From assembly GCA_041320515.1 (NCBI GenBank), contig JBGLNR010000001.1:742201-806200 (forward strand): a stretch of DNA of 64,000 bases, written 5' to 3'. Shown one piece after another: positions 1 through 9,825 of the stretch (position 1 is its first letter; every line of letters starts with the position of its first letter). The notes under the pieces are model-generated. The model made no database searches, was not told the origin of the DNA, and saw only the letters and a program-made list of their open reading frames with translations. Origin of the DNA: Planctomycetota bacterium. GTDB lineage: Bacteria; Planctomycetota; PUPC01; DSUN01. A program made the translations under genes and the position numbers.

Positions 1-1
1 G

Positions 2-2134
2 AATCGTGGCTCCTATGTCTTCGCGTATGGCCTTTCGGAGGCGAACGCGGACGAGTGGGTCGCGCTGGCCAAGAAGGCCGGCTTCGCGCAGGTTCACATC
101 ATCAGCTTCGAGAAGTCGCTCGGCCACTACGAGCCGCGGCCGAACCTCTTCCCCAACGGCCTGGCCGGCCTGAAGGCCGTCGTGGACAAGATTCACGCCG
201 CCGGCATGCGGGCGGGCATGCACACGCTCACCGGCTGCATCTCGACCAACGACCCCTTTGCCACGCCCGTGCCCGACAAGCGGCTGGCGAAGGACGCCAC
301 GTTCATCCTCGCCGAGGCCATCACCGAGACCGACAAGGCCGTGCCCACCACGGTCGAGCCCAAGGGCTTCGACACCATGTGGGCCTACATGTCCCGGGGC
401 AACGCCGTCCAGATTGGCGACGAGCTGGTCCTCTTCAGCGGGCTGACGCCCACGGGTTTCACGGGCTGTACGCGCGGCGCATTCGGCACCAAGCCCATGC
501 CCCACGCCAAGGGCACACCCGTCCACAAGCTCTTCGTCCGCTACCAGGCATTCCAGCCCGACCCCAACTCGACGCTGGTGGACGACGTGGGGGAGTGCAT
601 CGCCCGCGTCTACAACACGTGCGGCTTCGACATGATCTATATGGACGGCGCGGAGGGGATGGCCGGCGGCTGGCCGGGGGTCGCGGCGATGCGGGCGGCG
701 GTCTTCAAGCGGCTCAATGGCCGCGTGCTCGTCGAGGCCAGCGAATGGGGCTACCACTCGTGGCCATTCCACTCGCGCATCGGCGCCTACGACTATCCGC
801 ACTGGGCGCTCAAGCGGTTCATTGACATCCACTGCGACCACAACGACGAGAACCGCGCGAGCAGCCTACTGCCCACCCAGCTCGGCTGGTGGGCCATCCT
901 CGGCCCGAGCGCCGACCACGACGCCGAGTTCCGCGACGAGATGGAGTACCTCTGCTGCAAGGCCCTGGCCACCGACGCCCCGATGTCCTTCCAGGGCGTA
1001 GGCGTCGGCAAGCAGCCCGCCAACGCCCGCCAGGATGAGTACCTGGAGATGATTGGCCGCTACGAACGCCTGCGCCTCGCCCGCTCCGTGCCCGAGGCCG
1101 TTCGCAAGCAACTGCGCACACCGAAGGCCGACTTCCGCCTCGCCGAGGCGAATGGCAAGCCCCAGTTCGTCCCAACCGATTACATCGCCCACAAGGTCAC
1201 CGGCGTCAAAGACGGCTCGGCGGCCTGGACGGTCAAGAACCGCTTCGCCGCCCAGCCGCTCCGCCTGCGCATTCAGGCCCTCTACTCCGCGGCGCCCTAC
1301 GACTCGCCCGATGCCGTGGTTCTTGCGAACTTCACCAAGGCCGACGAGTTGACGGCCAGCGCCGCGGCCAAGGGCGTCACGGCGGAATGGACGCCTATGG
1401 CCATTCGCGGCAACCGCCCAGGCCCGCCCGAGCCGTGCGCCGACCTCAAGGCCAAGAGCACCCTGGCCACCCGCGTCGGCTCGTGGGCAAAGCTCACCAA
1501 GACCTTCGCCCCGCCCCTCGACCTCCGCAAGCACGGCGCGCTCGGCCTCTGGGTCCAGGGCGACGGCAAGGGCCAACTCCTCAACTTCCAGCTCACCAAT
1601 CCCCCACAGTTCTGGGGCACGTTCGACGAGCACTACGTGGACGTTGACACGACGGCCTGGCGCTACGTCGAGCTGCACCTCCGCGAGCGCGACGCCGAGC
1701 GCTTCGGCGACTACACCTGGCCCTACGGCGGCATCTACGACGTCTATCGCTCGCCGCTCATCCGCAGCCACGTGAACGCGCTGAACCTCTACGTCAACAA
1801 CCTGCCGCCCAACGACACGGCAGCCTGCCTCATCGGCCAGGTCAAGGCCCTCCCCGTCGTCAAGGTCAAGCTCGCCAATCCCACGATCACCGTCGGCGGC
1901 GCGAGAGTCACCTTCCCCGTCGCCCTCGAAAGCGGCCAGTACATCGAGGTGGAGTCGGCGACCGACTGCCGGCTCTACGACGAGCGCGGCGCCCTCGTCC
2001 AGCAAGTCACGCCCCAGGGCGACGTGCCGGCCCTCGCCCCCGGCGACAACGCCTTCGTCTTCACCTGCGTCCCGCCCGAGGGCCACGCCGCAAGGGCAAG
2101 CGTGACGGTCATCACGCTGGGTCCGCCACTCTGA
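2..2134 (+). CDS. glycoside-hydrolase-like (GHL-type TIM barrel) protein, 5' end outside window
   Basis: Frame 2 is open from nt 2 (NRGSYVFAYGLSEANADEWVALAKKAGFAQVHI... precedes the listed 182..2134 ORF). GC3-biased codons. Patterns such as DKIHAAGMRAGMH and CGFDMIYMDGAEG resemble TIM-barrel glycosidase-like families. The function is inference. Confidence 0.6.
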   Translation, partial: NRGSYVFAYGLSEANADEWVALAKKAGFAQVHIISFEKSLGHYEPRPNLFPNGLAGLKAVVDKIHAAGMRAGMHTLTGCISTNDPFATPVPDKRLAKDATFILAEAITETDKAVPTTVEPKGFDTMWAYMSRGNAVQIGDELVLFSGLTPTGFTGCTRGAFGTKPMPHAKGTPVHKLFVRYQAFQPDPNSTLVDDVGECIARVYNTCGFDMIYMDGAEGMAGGWPGVAAMRAAVFKRLNGRVLVEASEWGYHSWPFHSRIGAYDYPHWALKRFIDIHCDHNDENRASSLLPTQLGWWAILGPSADHDAEFRDEMEYLCCKALATDAPMSFQGVGVGKQPANARQDEYLEMIGRYERLRLARSVPEAVRKQLRTPKADFRLAEANGKPQFVPTDYIAHKVTGVKDGSAAWTVKNRFAAQPLRLRIQALYSAAPYDSPDAVVLANFTKADELTASAAAKGVTAEWTPMAIRGNRPGPPEPCADLKAKSTLATRVGSWAKLTKTFAPPLDLRKHGALGLWVQGDGKGQLLNFQLTNPPQFWGTFDEHYVDVDTTAWRYVELHLRERDAERFGDYTWPYGGIYDVYRSPLIRSHVNALNLYVNNLPPNDTAACLIGQVKALPVVKVKLANPTITVGGARVTFPVALESGQYIEVESATDCRLYDERGALVQQVTPQGDVPALAPGDNAFVFTCVPPEGHAARASVTVITLGPPL

Positions 2135-2241
2135 GCCTCGCCTGAGGCAGGTTGTGACACTGCCATTCTACGCTTTCCTTTCTTCACCCATAGGTGTAGA
2201 ATAGCGTCAGAAGGCGATAGGAGAAGACGAAGGAGACCAAC

Positions 2242-2484
2242 ATGATGCCGTTCCCGAAGTGCCCTGTGTGCGGCGGAGAAATCGTCGAGAAAGAGGTGGA
2301 GGAGGTTCTCCGTGGCGGAGTCAACACCGCGGTCATGAGAGTCAGGGCGGAGGTCTGCCTCCACTGCGGCGAGCGGCTCTACTCTACAGAGACAGTCAGG
2401 CGGTTCAAGCAGATCGAGGCCAAGCTCGAACGCCAGGAGGTCGAGGAGTTCCAGCCCCTGGGCCACTCGTATCAGGTTGTGTGA
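2242..2484 (+). CDS. YgiT-type zinc-finger protein (MqsA N-terminal-like, no HTH domain)
   Basis: 80 aa with CPVCGG...19 aa...CLHCGE, the typical YgiT finger layout. AGGAGA Shine-Dalgarno-like motif upstream. Confidence 0.75.
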   Translation: MMPFPKCPVCGGEIVEKEVEEVLRGGVNTAVMRVRAEVCLHCGERLYSTETVRRFKQIEAKLERQEVEEFQPLGHSYQVV

Positions 2485-2512
2485 CCGCCCGACACACCTT
2501 GGAGGCGATGGG

Positions 2513-3298
2513 ATGAAAGTCTACGTCTGCACCGATCTGGAAGGCATCAGCGGCGTGACGCACTGGGACCAGACGCGGGAGATGACGACCGCGGCCTACC
2601 AGCACGCCCGCCACCTGCTCACCCGCGAGGTCAACGCCTGCGTCCAGGGCTGCCTCGACGGCGGGGCGAGCGAAATCGTGGTGATGGACGGCCACGGCGG
2701 CGGGTTCAACTTCGTGCCCGACGAACTCCACCCTGGCGCCACTTACGTGACCGGCCCGAACCGCCCGGCCATGCTCCCCGGCCTCGACGCCTCGTTCGCC
2801 GCGGCGATGCTGCTCGGCTACCACGCCATGGCGGGCACCCCCCAGGCCGTCCTCGCCCACACCCAGTCGTCGAAGGCCGGCTGCCGCTACTGGTACAACG
2901 GCCGCGAGAGCGGCGAGATCGCCCAGAGCGCCCTCGTCTGCGGCCACTACGGCGTCCCAGTCGTCCTCGTCACGGGCGACGAGGCGACTTGTGCCGAGGC
3001 CACGGCATTCCTCGGCGAGGCAGTCGCCACCGTGGCCGTCAAGAAGGGCATCAGCATCACCTGCTGCGAAATGGTGCCGCCCCAGCGTGCGTGGGAGCTG
3101 GTCCGCAAGGGCGCCGCCGACGCCCTGGGCCGCATCGCCCAGTGCAAGCCCTACACCCTCGACCTGCCCATCCAGGCCCGCCTGAGCTACCTCACCGCCG
3201 AGATCGCCGACACCGCCGGCTGCCGCCTCTCCAAGCGCGTGGACGCCACGACCTACGAGCGCACCATCGAGTCCCCGCTCGACATCGTCCGGTTCTGA
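2513..3298 (+). CDS. M55 family metallopeptidase (DppA-like D-aminopeptidase)
   Basis: The MKVYVCTDLEGISGV N-terminus is characteristic of peptidase M55. Start moved to the internal ATG at 2513 of the listed 2477..3298 ORF. Confidence 0.85.
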   Translation: MKVYVCTDLEGISGVTHWDQTREMTTAAYQHARHLLTREVNACVQGCLDGGASEIVVMDGHGGGFNFVPDELHPGATYVTGPNRPAMLPGLDASFAAAMLLGYHAMAGTPQAVLAHTQSSKAGCRYWYNGRESGEIAQSALVCGHYGVPVVLVTGDEATCAEATAFLGEAVATVAVKKGISITCCEMVPPQRAWELVRKGAADALGRIAQCKPYTLDLPIQARLSYLTAEIADTAGCRLSKRVDATTYERTIESPLDIVRF

Positions 3299-3508
3299 GG
3301 CGTGATGCGTGGAACGTGAAACGTGATGCGTGAGAAGAGGAGGCCGGCCAGGCGCCCATCTTGTCCGGTTTGGTCGCCGCCGCCCGTGCCCTCCCCGCCC
3401 TCGCCGCCGCCTGGGCCGCCCGTCATACCCGCGACGACCACCAGCCCAACTGAGCACGAGCCGCCCCGCCCCTATCCGCACTCGCCACGAGTCCGAAGCA
3501 GTTGCGCA

Positions 3509-5269
3509 TCATCTCCCCGGAACTCCTCTAAGCGCCGATAACGCCTCAGCGACCTCTCTGCCCTTGGCCTCGATGATGTCCATCAGCTCTTCCGGGGTGT
3601 GCGTGTCCACGACCGGCCGCTTGTTGGGGTTGACGGCCTTGAGGTCGTAGACGGCATCCTCGATCTCCTTGGCCTTGGCGGCCAGGGTTCTCGCCTCGCG
3701 CGACAGTTCCTTGCTCTTGGCTTGGGCGGCCTCAATGGCCTTGGCGTCGCGCGGCTCGGCCTTCTTGAGGTCCGCGACGCGCTGCGACCACTGCGCGGCT
3801 TCCCTGCCCTTCGCCGCGCTCTGGTCCTTGAACGGCTGGGCCTCCTCGGCAGCGACCCGCTTCCGCTCGTCCATGTCCACGGTCCAGGACAATTCGCTGT
3901 CGGCGCGCGTGGGAAGCAACCGCAGAAAGTCCTCGAAGTGCTTGAGCGTCAGCGGCGTCTTCTTGCGCACCTTGATGTCCGTCAGATCGTAGTACCAGAT
4001 CTTCAGCGTCGGCTGGCCTTTGGTGAAGAACACCAGGTTCGTCTTGACTCCCGCGCCCGCCGCGGTGAAGACGCCGGCGGGCAGGCTGACGAGGCACCAC
4101 AGGTCGCAGTCGTCGAGCAATTTCCGCTTGGTCTTGACGAAGGCATCTTCGTTCGTGCGGAACAGAAGCCCCTCGTCTATCACGATCCCGCACCGGCCGC
4201 CCTCGCGCAGGCTGCGGATGACGTGCTGGAGGAAAAGCACCTGGGTCGCGCCGGTCTTGTAGTCGAAGTTGGTCTGGGCTTCCTTGCCCTCTTTACCGCC
4301 GAAGGGCGGGTTGGTGAGAATGACGTCGAAGAACTGTGGCGCGCCCTCGAACAGGCCGCCGTAGGTTTCCCGCCCGGTGAGCGTGTTGCCGTGCCAGAGG
4401 TTCGGCTTGTCAATGCCGTGGAGCACCAGGTTCGCCGCCGCGATCGGGTAGGCAAGGTCCTCCTTCTCACGGCCCCAGAAGGTGCGTTGCTTGAGGGTCT
4501 CCAATTGCTCGGCAGTGGCGTCGTTGCCGAGACGGGCCGTCATGTGCAAGTAGCTCTGCGCCAGGAACCCGCCCGTGCCACAGCATGGGTCGTACACGGT
4601 CTCATCCGCCCTGGGGTCAACGGCTTGGACCATCGCCTTGATGACCTGGCGGGGGGTGAAGAACTGGCCCCCGTCGTTGCCCTTCTCGCCCATCTTCAGC
4701 AGCAGTCCCTCGTAGACCTGCGAGAGCGTGAAAACGTGGGTCGGGTCTATCGCCTCGGTGGTGAGCTGGTCCACCTTGTCCAGCACGTCGAGGAAGTTCC
4801 GCTCGGTGTCTATGCGCACCCGCTCGACGCCGGTCATGATTTCGCTGATGACCTTCTGGCGCGGCGAGGCGTCGGGCAGGTTCTCCAACCCCTTCAGGTG
4901 CGGCAGCAGGTCCGTGTTGACGAAGTCGAAGAAGGCATTTTGCGGCGCGTTCTGAAGCTCGACCCGCTTGTTGGTCTGCCCCACCGGCAAGGTCTCCGGC
5001 GGCGCTGCCCAATCTCGCCAGCGGTAGGGCGCTTCCAGCGAGGGACGGAACGGCACGCCCAGCGCCTCAGACTCCTGTTCCTCGCGGCTTTCCTTCTCGT
5101 CGAGGATGCGCAGGAAGAGAATCCAGGTGAGTTCGGGCACATACTGCATCGCCCCGGCGCAGTTCCCCCGCCGCATGATGTCGCAGATGCTCTTGACCGC
5201 CTGATCCACCGATTGCTGGGTGGTGTGGCGCTTGCCGTTCCCATCGTTGTTCTTGCGTCCCCGCGCCAT
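3509..5269 (-). CDS. hsdM: type I restriction-modification N6-adenine DNA methyltransferase subunit M
   Basis: HsdM N-terminal domain pattern, motif I DPCCGTGGFL, motif IV NPPFGGKEG, and a coiled-coil C-terminal tail. Abuts hsdS. Confidence 0.95.
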   Translation of the reverse strand: MARGRKNNDGNGKRHTTQQSVDQAVKSICDIMRRGNCAGAMQYVPELTWILFLRILDEKESREEQESEALGVPFRPSLEAPYRWRDWAAPPETLPVGQTNKRVELQNAPQNAFFDFVNTDLLPHLKGLENLPDASPRQKVISEIMTGVERVRIDTERNFLDVLDKVDQLTTEAIDPTHVFTLSQVYEGLLLKMGEKGNDGGQFFTPRQVIKAMVQAVDPRADETVYDPCCGTGGFLAQSYLHMTARLGNDATAEQLETLKQRTFWGREKEDLAYPIAAANLVLHGIDKPNLWHGNTLTGRETYGGLFEGAPQFFDVILTNPPFGGKEGKEAQTNFDYKTGATQVLFLQHVIRSLREGGRCGIVIDEGLLFRTNEDAFVKTKRKLLDDCDLWCLVSLPAGVFTAAGAGVKTNLVFFTKGQPTLKIWYYDLTDIKVRKKTPLTLKHFEDFLRLLPTRADSELSWTVDMDERKRVAAEEAQPFKDQSAAKGREAAQWSQRVADLKKAEPRDAKAIEAAQAKSKELSREARTLAAKAKEIEDAVYDLKAVNPNKRPVVDTHTPEELMDIIEAKGREVAEALSALRGVPGR

Positions 5270-5270
5270 G

Positions 5271-5882
5271 TCATATCTCCCCGCTGAAGGCCCGGCGCAG
5301 CAGGGCCGCCGGCAGGGCGTTGATCGTGTTCAGTTCTTCTTCCGCCGCCGCGCGGGCCTTCTCCACCGCCGCCATCTGCTCGCGCAACAGCCCCGCAATC
5401 CGCCGCTGCTCGGAAAGGGGCGGGAGGGGGACATGCATCTGCAGAAAGCTGCCCATATCCGCCCTTGGCATTCGAGATCCCGTCTTGTCTTGCATGGCGA
5501 AATCAACCGTTTCGCGGCGCCTCAGTAGCCATGCCAAGAACTCCCTGTCAACATCGTCCAAGGGAAGCAATGGGATCATCTCTGTAGTGCAGCGCCCCGG
5601 AGCATCGGGTAACGCCACCTTGTTCAGGTATGGCCGCAACTTGCCATAGAGCACATGGCGTTCATCGAAGCGAAACGTCGTGCTTTTCCCCTCGTCCTCA
5701 ACGCGTTCTAGCGGCGACTTCAGAATGCGCCCTGTCTCAGCCTCTATGTGTTCGAGACTGTAATAGGCGAGCGCACCTGCCTCACTGGAGAACGACTCTA
5801 CAATCTGCCTGTCTTGTCTGCACACGTCACCCAACTTGACCCATCGCCAGCCGTCGGGCAGGGTTTCATTCGCGTGCTTCAT
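5271..5882 (-). CDS. hsdS: type I R-M specificity subunit S, half-size (single target-recognition domain)
   Basis: 203 aa: LPDGWRWVKLGDV start, one TRD, then the conserved helical region PLPPLSEQRRIAGLL...ALLRRAF. 4-nt overlap with dinD upstream and adjacent to hsdM. Confidence 0.85.
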   Translation of the reverse strand: MKHANETLPDGWRWVKLGDVCRQDRQIVESFSSEAGALAYYSLEHIEAETGRILKSPLERVEDEGKSTTFRFDERHVLYGKLRPYLNKVALPDAPGRCTTEMIPLLPLDDVDREFLAWLLRRRETVDFAMQDKTGSRMPRADMGSFLQMHVPLPPLSEQRRIAGLLREQMAAVEKARAAAEEELNTINALPAALLRRAFSGEI

Positions 5883-6748
5883 TCCGGCCGCTCGTCACCG
5901 TGGGTTTCGAGTGGTTCGACCTGGGTGGGCAGCCTGCGTTGTTCGGATTGGAGCCGCCGCTCGATCTTCTTGACGTCCTCGGCTGGGGGCAGGGCCTCGG
6001 GGACGATGCCCCGGTCCACCAGGAGCTTGCGGACTTCCTGGTTGTTCCTGACGTGCTCGCCCGTGATCGTGGGTTCCGTGCGCAGACCGTTCTGGACGAT
6101 GTTGAAGTTGGTGATCTCGCTCGCGAAGTCCTTGGCCTTGATGGTGATGGTGGGGAGGAAGTCGGCCAGGGGGCGGCTCTTGGGCACGCGAAGCCTGTCC
6201 TTCATGTCCTGGGTGGTGCGCCCGCCGAAGAGGGCTTGGTCGCCCTTGCTGCGGATGCGTCCGAAGCTCTCGTTGTCGCCGATGCGGTCGAAGATGATCC
6301 CGGAGAGCTGCTTCTCCGACTGGGTGAGCTTCTTGCGGGCGCTGACGCGCTCGGCTTCGGCGAGGCGCCTCTCGATGATCTCCTGCCGGCGGGTCTGGAC
6401 GGCGAAGTAGGTCTGGGCGAAAGCGATCTCTTCTTTGGCCGGGTCGCCGTTCTGGGCGATCAGGTAGCAGGCGTAGCGGGTGAGGGCGATATCCTCGATC
6501 TCGCGCGTGGCCCCCGAGCCGACGGCGACCATTTTCGTGATGCCAAGAAAATGGTCTTTCGGGTCAAAGCCCGCGGTCGTGCAGGAGGTGATGGCCTTGT
6601 CAATGACTTTCGCGAAGTTCTCCCAGCGTGCGTAGCCGAGGAGCATCTGGAGGTCGCGGGCGCACCAGAACTCCGTACCGGTCTCCGGGAATCGCTGGAC
6701 CATGTCCTCGAAGCTGGCGTGCAGCCGGACGACGATCTCTCTGTCCAT
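5879..6748 (-). CDS. dinD: DNA-damage-inducible protein D (DinD / Bro-N-like)
   Basis: The stretch LTRYACYLIAQNGDPAKEEIAFAQTYFAVQTRRQE matches the hallmark DinD core (E. coli DinD has [35 protein letters not shown]). Confidence 0.9.
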   Translation of the reverse strand: MDREIVVRLHASFEDMVQRFPETGTEFWCARDLQMLLGYARWENFAKVIDKAITSCTTAGFDPKDHFLGITKMVAVGSGATREIEDIALTRYACYLIAQNGDPAKEEIAFAQTYFAVQTRRQEIIERRLAEAERVSARKKLTQSEKQLSGIIFDRIGDNESFGRIRSKGDQALFGGRTTQDMKDRLRVPKSRPLADFLPTITIKAKDFASEITNFNIVQNGLRTEPTITGEHVRNNQEVRKLLVDRGIVPEALPPAEDVKKIERRLQSEQRRLPTQVEPLETHGDERPE

Positions 6749-6768
6749 GTCGTGCCTCCTCGCCGCCG

Positions 6769-7854
6769 CTACGCGGCGAACATCCTGGTCTTGGTCTCGA
6801 TCAGCAGGTCGCGGGGGTTGCCGGCCATTTGCAGCGCGGCCAGGCCGCCGGCGGCTTTGACCTCCGGGGTCTGGAAGATCTGCGGGTTCTCCAGGCCGTC
6901 GGTGCCGCCGCGCTCGAACTGGCTGGCAATGGCCAGGATGGTGCCGGCGGCCTGGCCTGGCAGCGCGTTGATCCAGTCCTCGTGCTTGTAGGTGAAGGCC
7001 AACGTGCGGTCGTGGCGGGTGCGCGGGTTGATGCCCCAGCCGAGTTCGGCCAGCACGTCATAGAGGTCGTACTCTTCCTTCTCGTCCACCATAGTCTGGA
7101 CTTCTTGCACGAGACGCGCGGCGAGGCGGGCCTTGTAGTCCTCGATGGGCACGGGCATGGCCCGTCCGTCCACGTCGGCGACGATGAACCGGCCGGCGTC
7201 CGTAATGTGGACCTCGAAGCCCTCGACCATGAGGGTAGGCTCGGGTGGCACAGGGGCCGGAGGAGGTTGGGGGGATTCGCCTGGCTCGCGTGGGGGCTTG
7301 GAGATGAACTCTTCCCCGAATAGCCGGGTCGCATCTGTGTAGTCGTAGACGCGGAACATCAGCTTCTTCTCGGCGATGCGCGTGCCCCGCCCGACCATCT
7401 GGTAGAAGCTGATGGGGCTCTTGATATACCGGAAGAACACGATGTTCCGCACGCAGGGGACGTCAACGCCTGTGGTCAGGAGGTCCACCGTGGTGGCGAT
7501 GAAGTGGGAGCGGGACGAGGCGCGGAGATCGGGGAGCTGGTCGTTGCCGCTGCTGGCGGCGGTACACTTGAAGGCGTAGGAGTCGAGCCGCGGCTTGCCC
7601 TGCATGTCGCACCACTGGGCGTAGAGGTTGTTCATGCAGGCGGCCACGTCGTCGGCGTGGCGGTCGCGGGCGCAGAAAATGATGGACTTCTGCTCCGGGC
7701 CACCGGTCTCCAGCAGATAGCCGAACAGGTCATGGCACATGGCCAGCACGCGGTCCGGCAGGAGGATTCGGTCCTCAAACTGGTATTTCTCATAGAGGTC
7801 ATCAATCTGCTGGGGCGTGAGGGGCAGGCCCGTGATGGCGTCCACCGGGTTGCG
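6769..7854 (-). pseudogene. hsdR: type I restriction enzyme R subunit, C-terminal half only (helicase lobe 2 + EcoEI-R-type C-terminal domain)
   Basis: Helicase motifs V/VI (TTGVDVPCVRNIVFF, QMVGRGTRI) and a C-terminal R-subunit tail are present. The nuclease domain and the Walker A/DEAD lobe are absent. It reads in frame out of the heparinase-like sequence upstream. Confidence 0.8.
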
Positions 7855-9735
7855 GGCGGGCACGCGGTCGAGGACCGAGGCGCAGGGGCCGTCGCCGACC
7901 AGCACTTCGGTCTTGGGCGCGGCAGCCACTGTGAAATGGGTGGTGACGGTCTTGCCGGGGAACTGGACGCGAATGGGGCCGTCGGTGGAGCCGGCCTTGA
8001 GGTTCTGGAGGTACTCCGTGCCGACGAACTTGTCGGGGGCCTTGCCCGGCTCCTTCGCGGCGTCGCACTCGATGCCCGTGCCGCGGTTGTGGTAGACCCA
8101 GTCGAAGCGGTGCGGCTTCTCGGAGGCCAACTGGTCCACGACGAGCAGATAGGTCGGGGTCATGACGAGCAGGCGTGTGTGCTTGACGCCGGGATAGGCG
8201 GCGTCGCAACTGGCGGCCGCGGCGGCATACTCCTCGTTGGCGGCGAAGAGTTCCAGCTTGCCGCTGGCCGGCCGTTGGGGAAGCTTGTCCACGAGGACGG
8301 CGTTGTGGCTGAGCGTGGGCTTGTACCAGTTGCGGTGGATGGGGAGACGGTATGCCTGCGATGCGGCGCGGCCGGGGTCAACGCCCAGCTCCTCCTTGTG
8401 GCCGAAGAGGACGAAGGAGAGCTTGTCGAAGTGGCCGTGGAAGCCTCCGTAGGGTCCGAAGGTGAAGGCGGCGGTGAGGCCGGCCTCGCCCTTGGTGCGC
8501 AGGATGGCATGGCCCGCGCTGCGGAAGACCCTGCTTGTGAGGACCGGCGGCTCAGCCGTCACGCCCGTGTCGCGGCCGAACATCACGGATTGCCAGTGGG
8601 GCGCCGCCGGCAGGAGGGGCAGAAGCTCGGGGTCCTTCGTGGCGGCGTAGGCGTATTCCATCAGCCAGGCGGAGCCGCGGGCCGAGGCCCGCACGTCGTC
8701 GCCGAAGCGGGGCAGCGAGCCGTCGCTCATCGTGTAGTGGACCGGGAGGGTGAACATCTTCCGCAGCGTGGGATGGCTCCACAGGTCAATGCCAAGCCGC
8801 CGGGCGTATTCGGCGATGAGGGTCATGGCGTGGAGCGTGTAGAAGTGATAGCCCCAACTGTTCTCGTACCACATCCCTTCGTCGGACACGGAGACCTTCA
8901 TCTGCTCGGCGAAGCCGCAGTGGGGCTGGGCGATGGCCTTCTCGACCCAGGCCACGTCGCCCAGGACGGCTCCGCCCGCGATCATGCCCGCGTTGTGCCA
9001 GGTCTGCCAGTTGCCCTGGCCGCCCTTGTGCTTGTCCATGTTCTTGAGCATCGGGATGAGCAGGCCGTCGCGGATGGCCGCGCGGTCGGCGTCGGTGAGC
9101 GCCTCCCAGATGAGGTCGCACGCCGGCGCGATGTCGCTGGCCAGGCTCGCCGCCTCGTTGAGGGTCTGCTCGAAGAGGTGGCCGCCGGAGACGATGGTCC
9201 ACGGGCTGGGGCTGCGGCTCGCCGAGTGGTAGGGATACTTCAGGTAGCGCTCGGCGTAGCCGAGGAGCACCTTGGCCGCGAACTCCGCGTAGCGCTTCTC
9301 GCCCGTGAGGGCATAGGCCCAGGCGGCGTTCGAGGCGTTGCGGATGTTCGCGTAGTGCTGGTGCTCGTAGACCACGTCGTCGTACGGCTCGCCCGTGTAG
9401 ACCGTCTTGCAGCGGGGGCACTCGTGGTGGGTGTCGTCAATCGTCCTGAGGGCGAACTGGCATTTGTCGCACTGATACCACTGGTTGTGCTGTCCGCCGC
9501 GCGGCGGGAAGGCGATGGGCTTGGCGAGCGCGTCGTCGGCCTGCTTCACGACGCGCGCCACGGCGTCGTGGGCCGGCCCCGTGGCCTTGAGGGCCGCCCG
9601 CAGCCGACCCAACTCCTCGGGCGTGGCCGCGATGGCGGGGTACTTCAGGTCTTTGGGCAGTTGAACCGCCGGCGCCTTCCACTCTTCGGCGGCAGCCAGG
9701 GCGGTCACGAGGCCCAGGATCGCCAGCAGGCTCAT
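7855..9735 (-). CDS. heparinase II/III-like (alginate-lyase fold) secreted protein, 3'-truncated and fused to the hsdR remnant
   Basis: Signal peptide MSLLAILGLVTALAAA after an AAGGAGG SD (ATG at 9735). Zinc-ribbon insert CDKC...CPRC. Heparinase-type patterns (GGHLFEQT, HFDKLSF, LSHNAVLVD). The sequence stops matching at ...VLDRVPA, about 7855. Confidence 0.8.
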
Positions 9736-9825
9736 GGTCTTCACCTCCTTGCATCGCAGGATGCGCCCCCGTATTATAGCGGGCGGCAAAGGAATCACAA
9801 GGCGGCTTGTGTCAGGAGGCACGGG

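Noticed and set aside
2242-2484. Considered an MqsA-type antitoxin of an MqsRA module.
   Set aside because: Only the YgiT zinc-finger part is present, with no HTH domain. There is no MqsR-like toxin ORF adjacent, and the downstream gene is an M55 peptidase.
7504-9825. N-terminal ~770 aa of the listed 1057-aa plus-strand ORF (7504..10677).
   Set aside because: It is Gly/Arg/Ala/Val-rich low-complexity translation, antisense to the well-supported heparinase/hsdR frame. Only the last 283 codons (from the ATG at 9826) look like a real isochorismatase-family protein.
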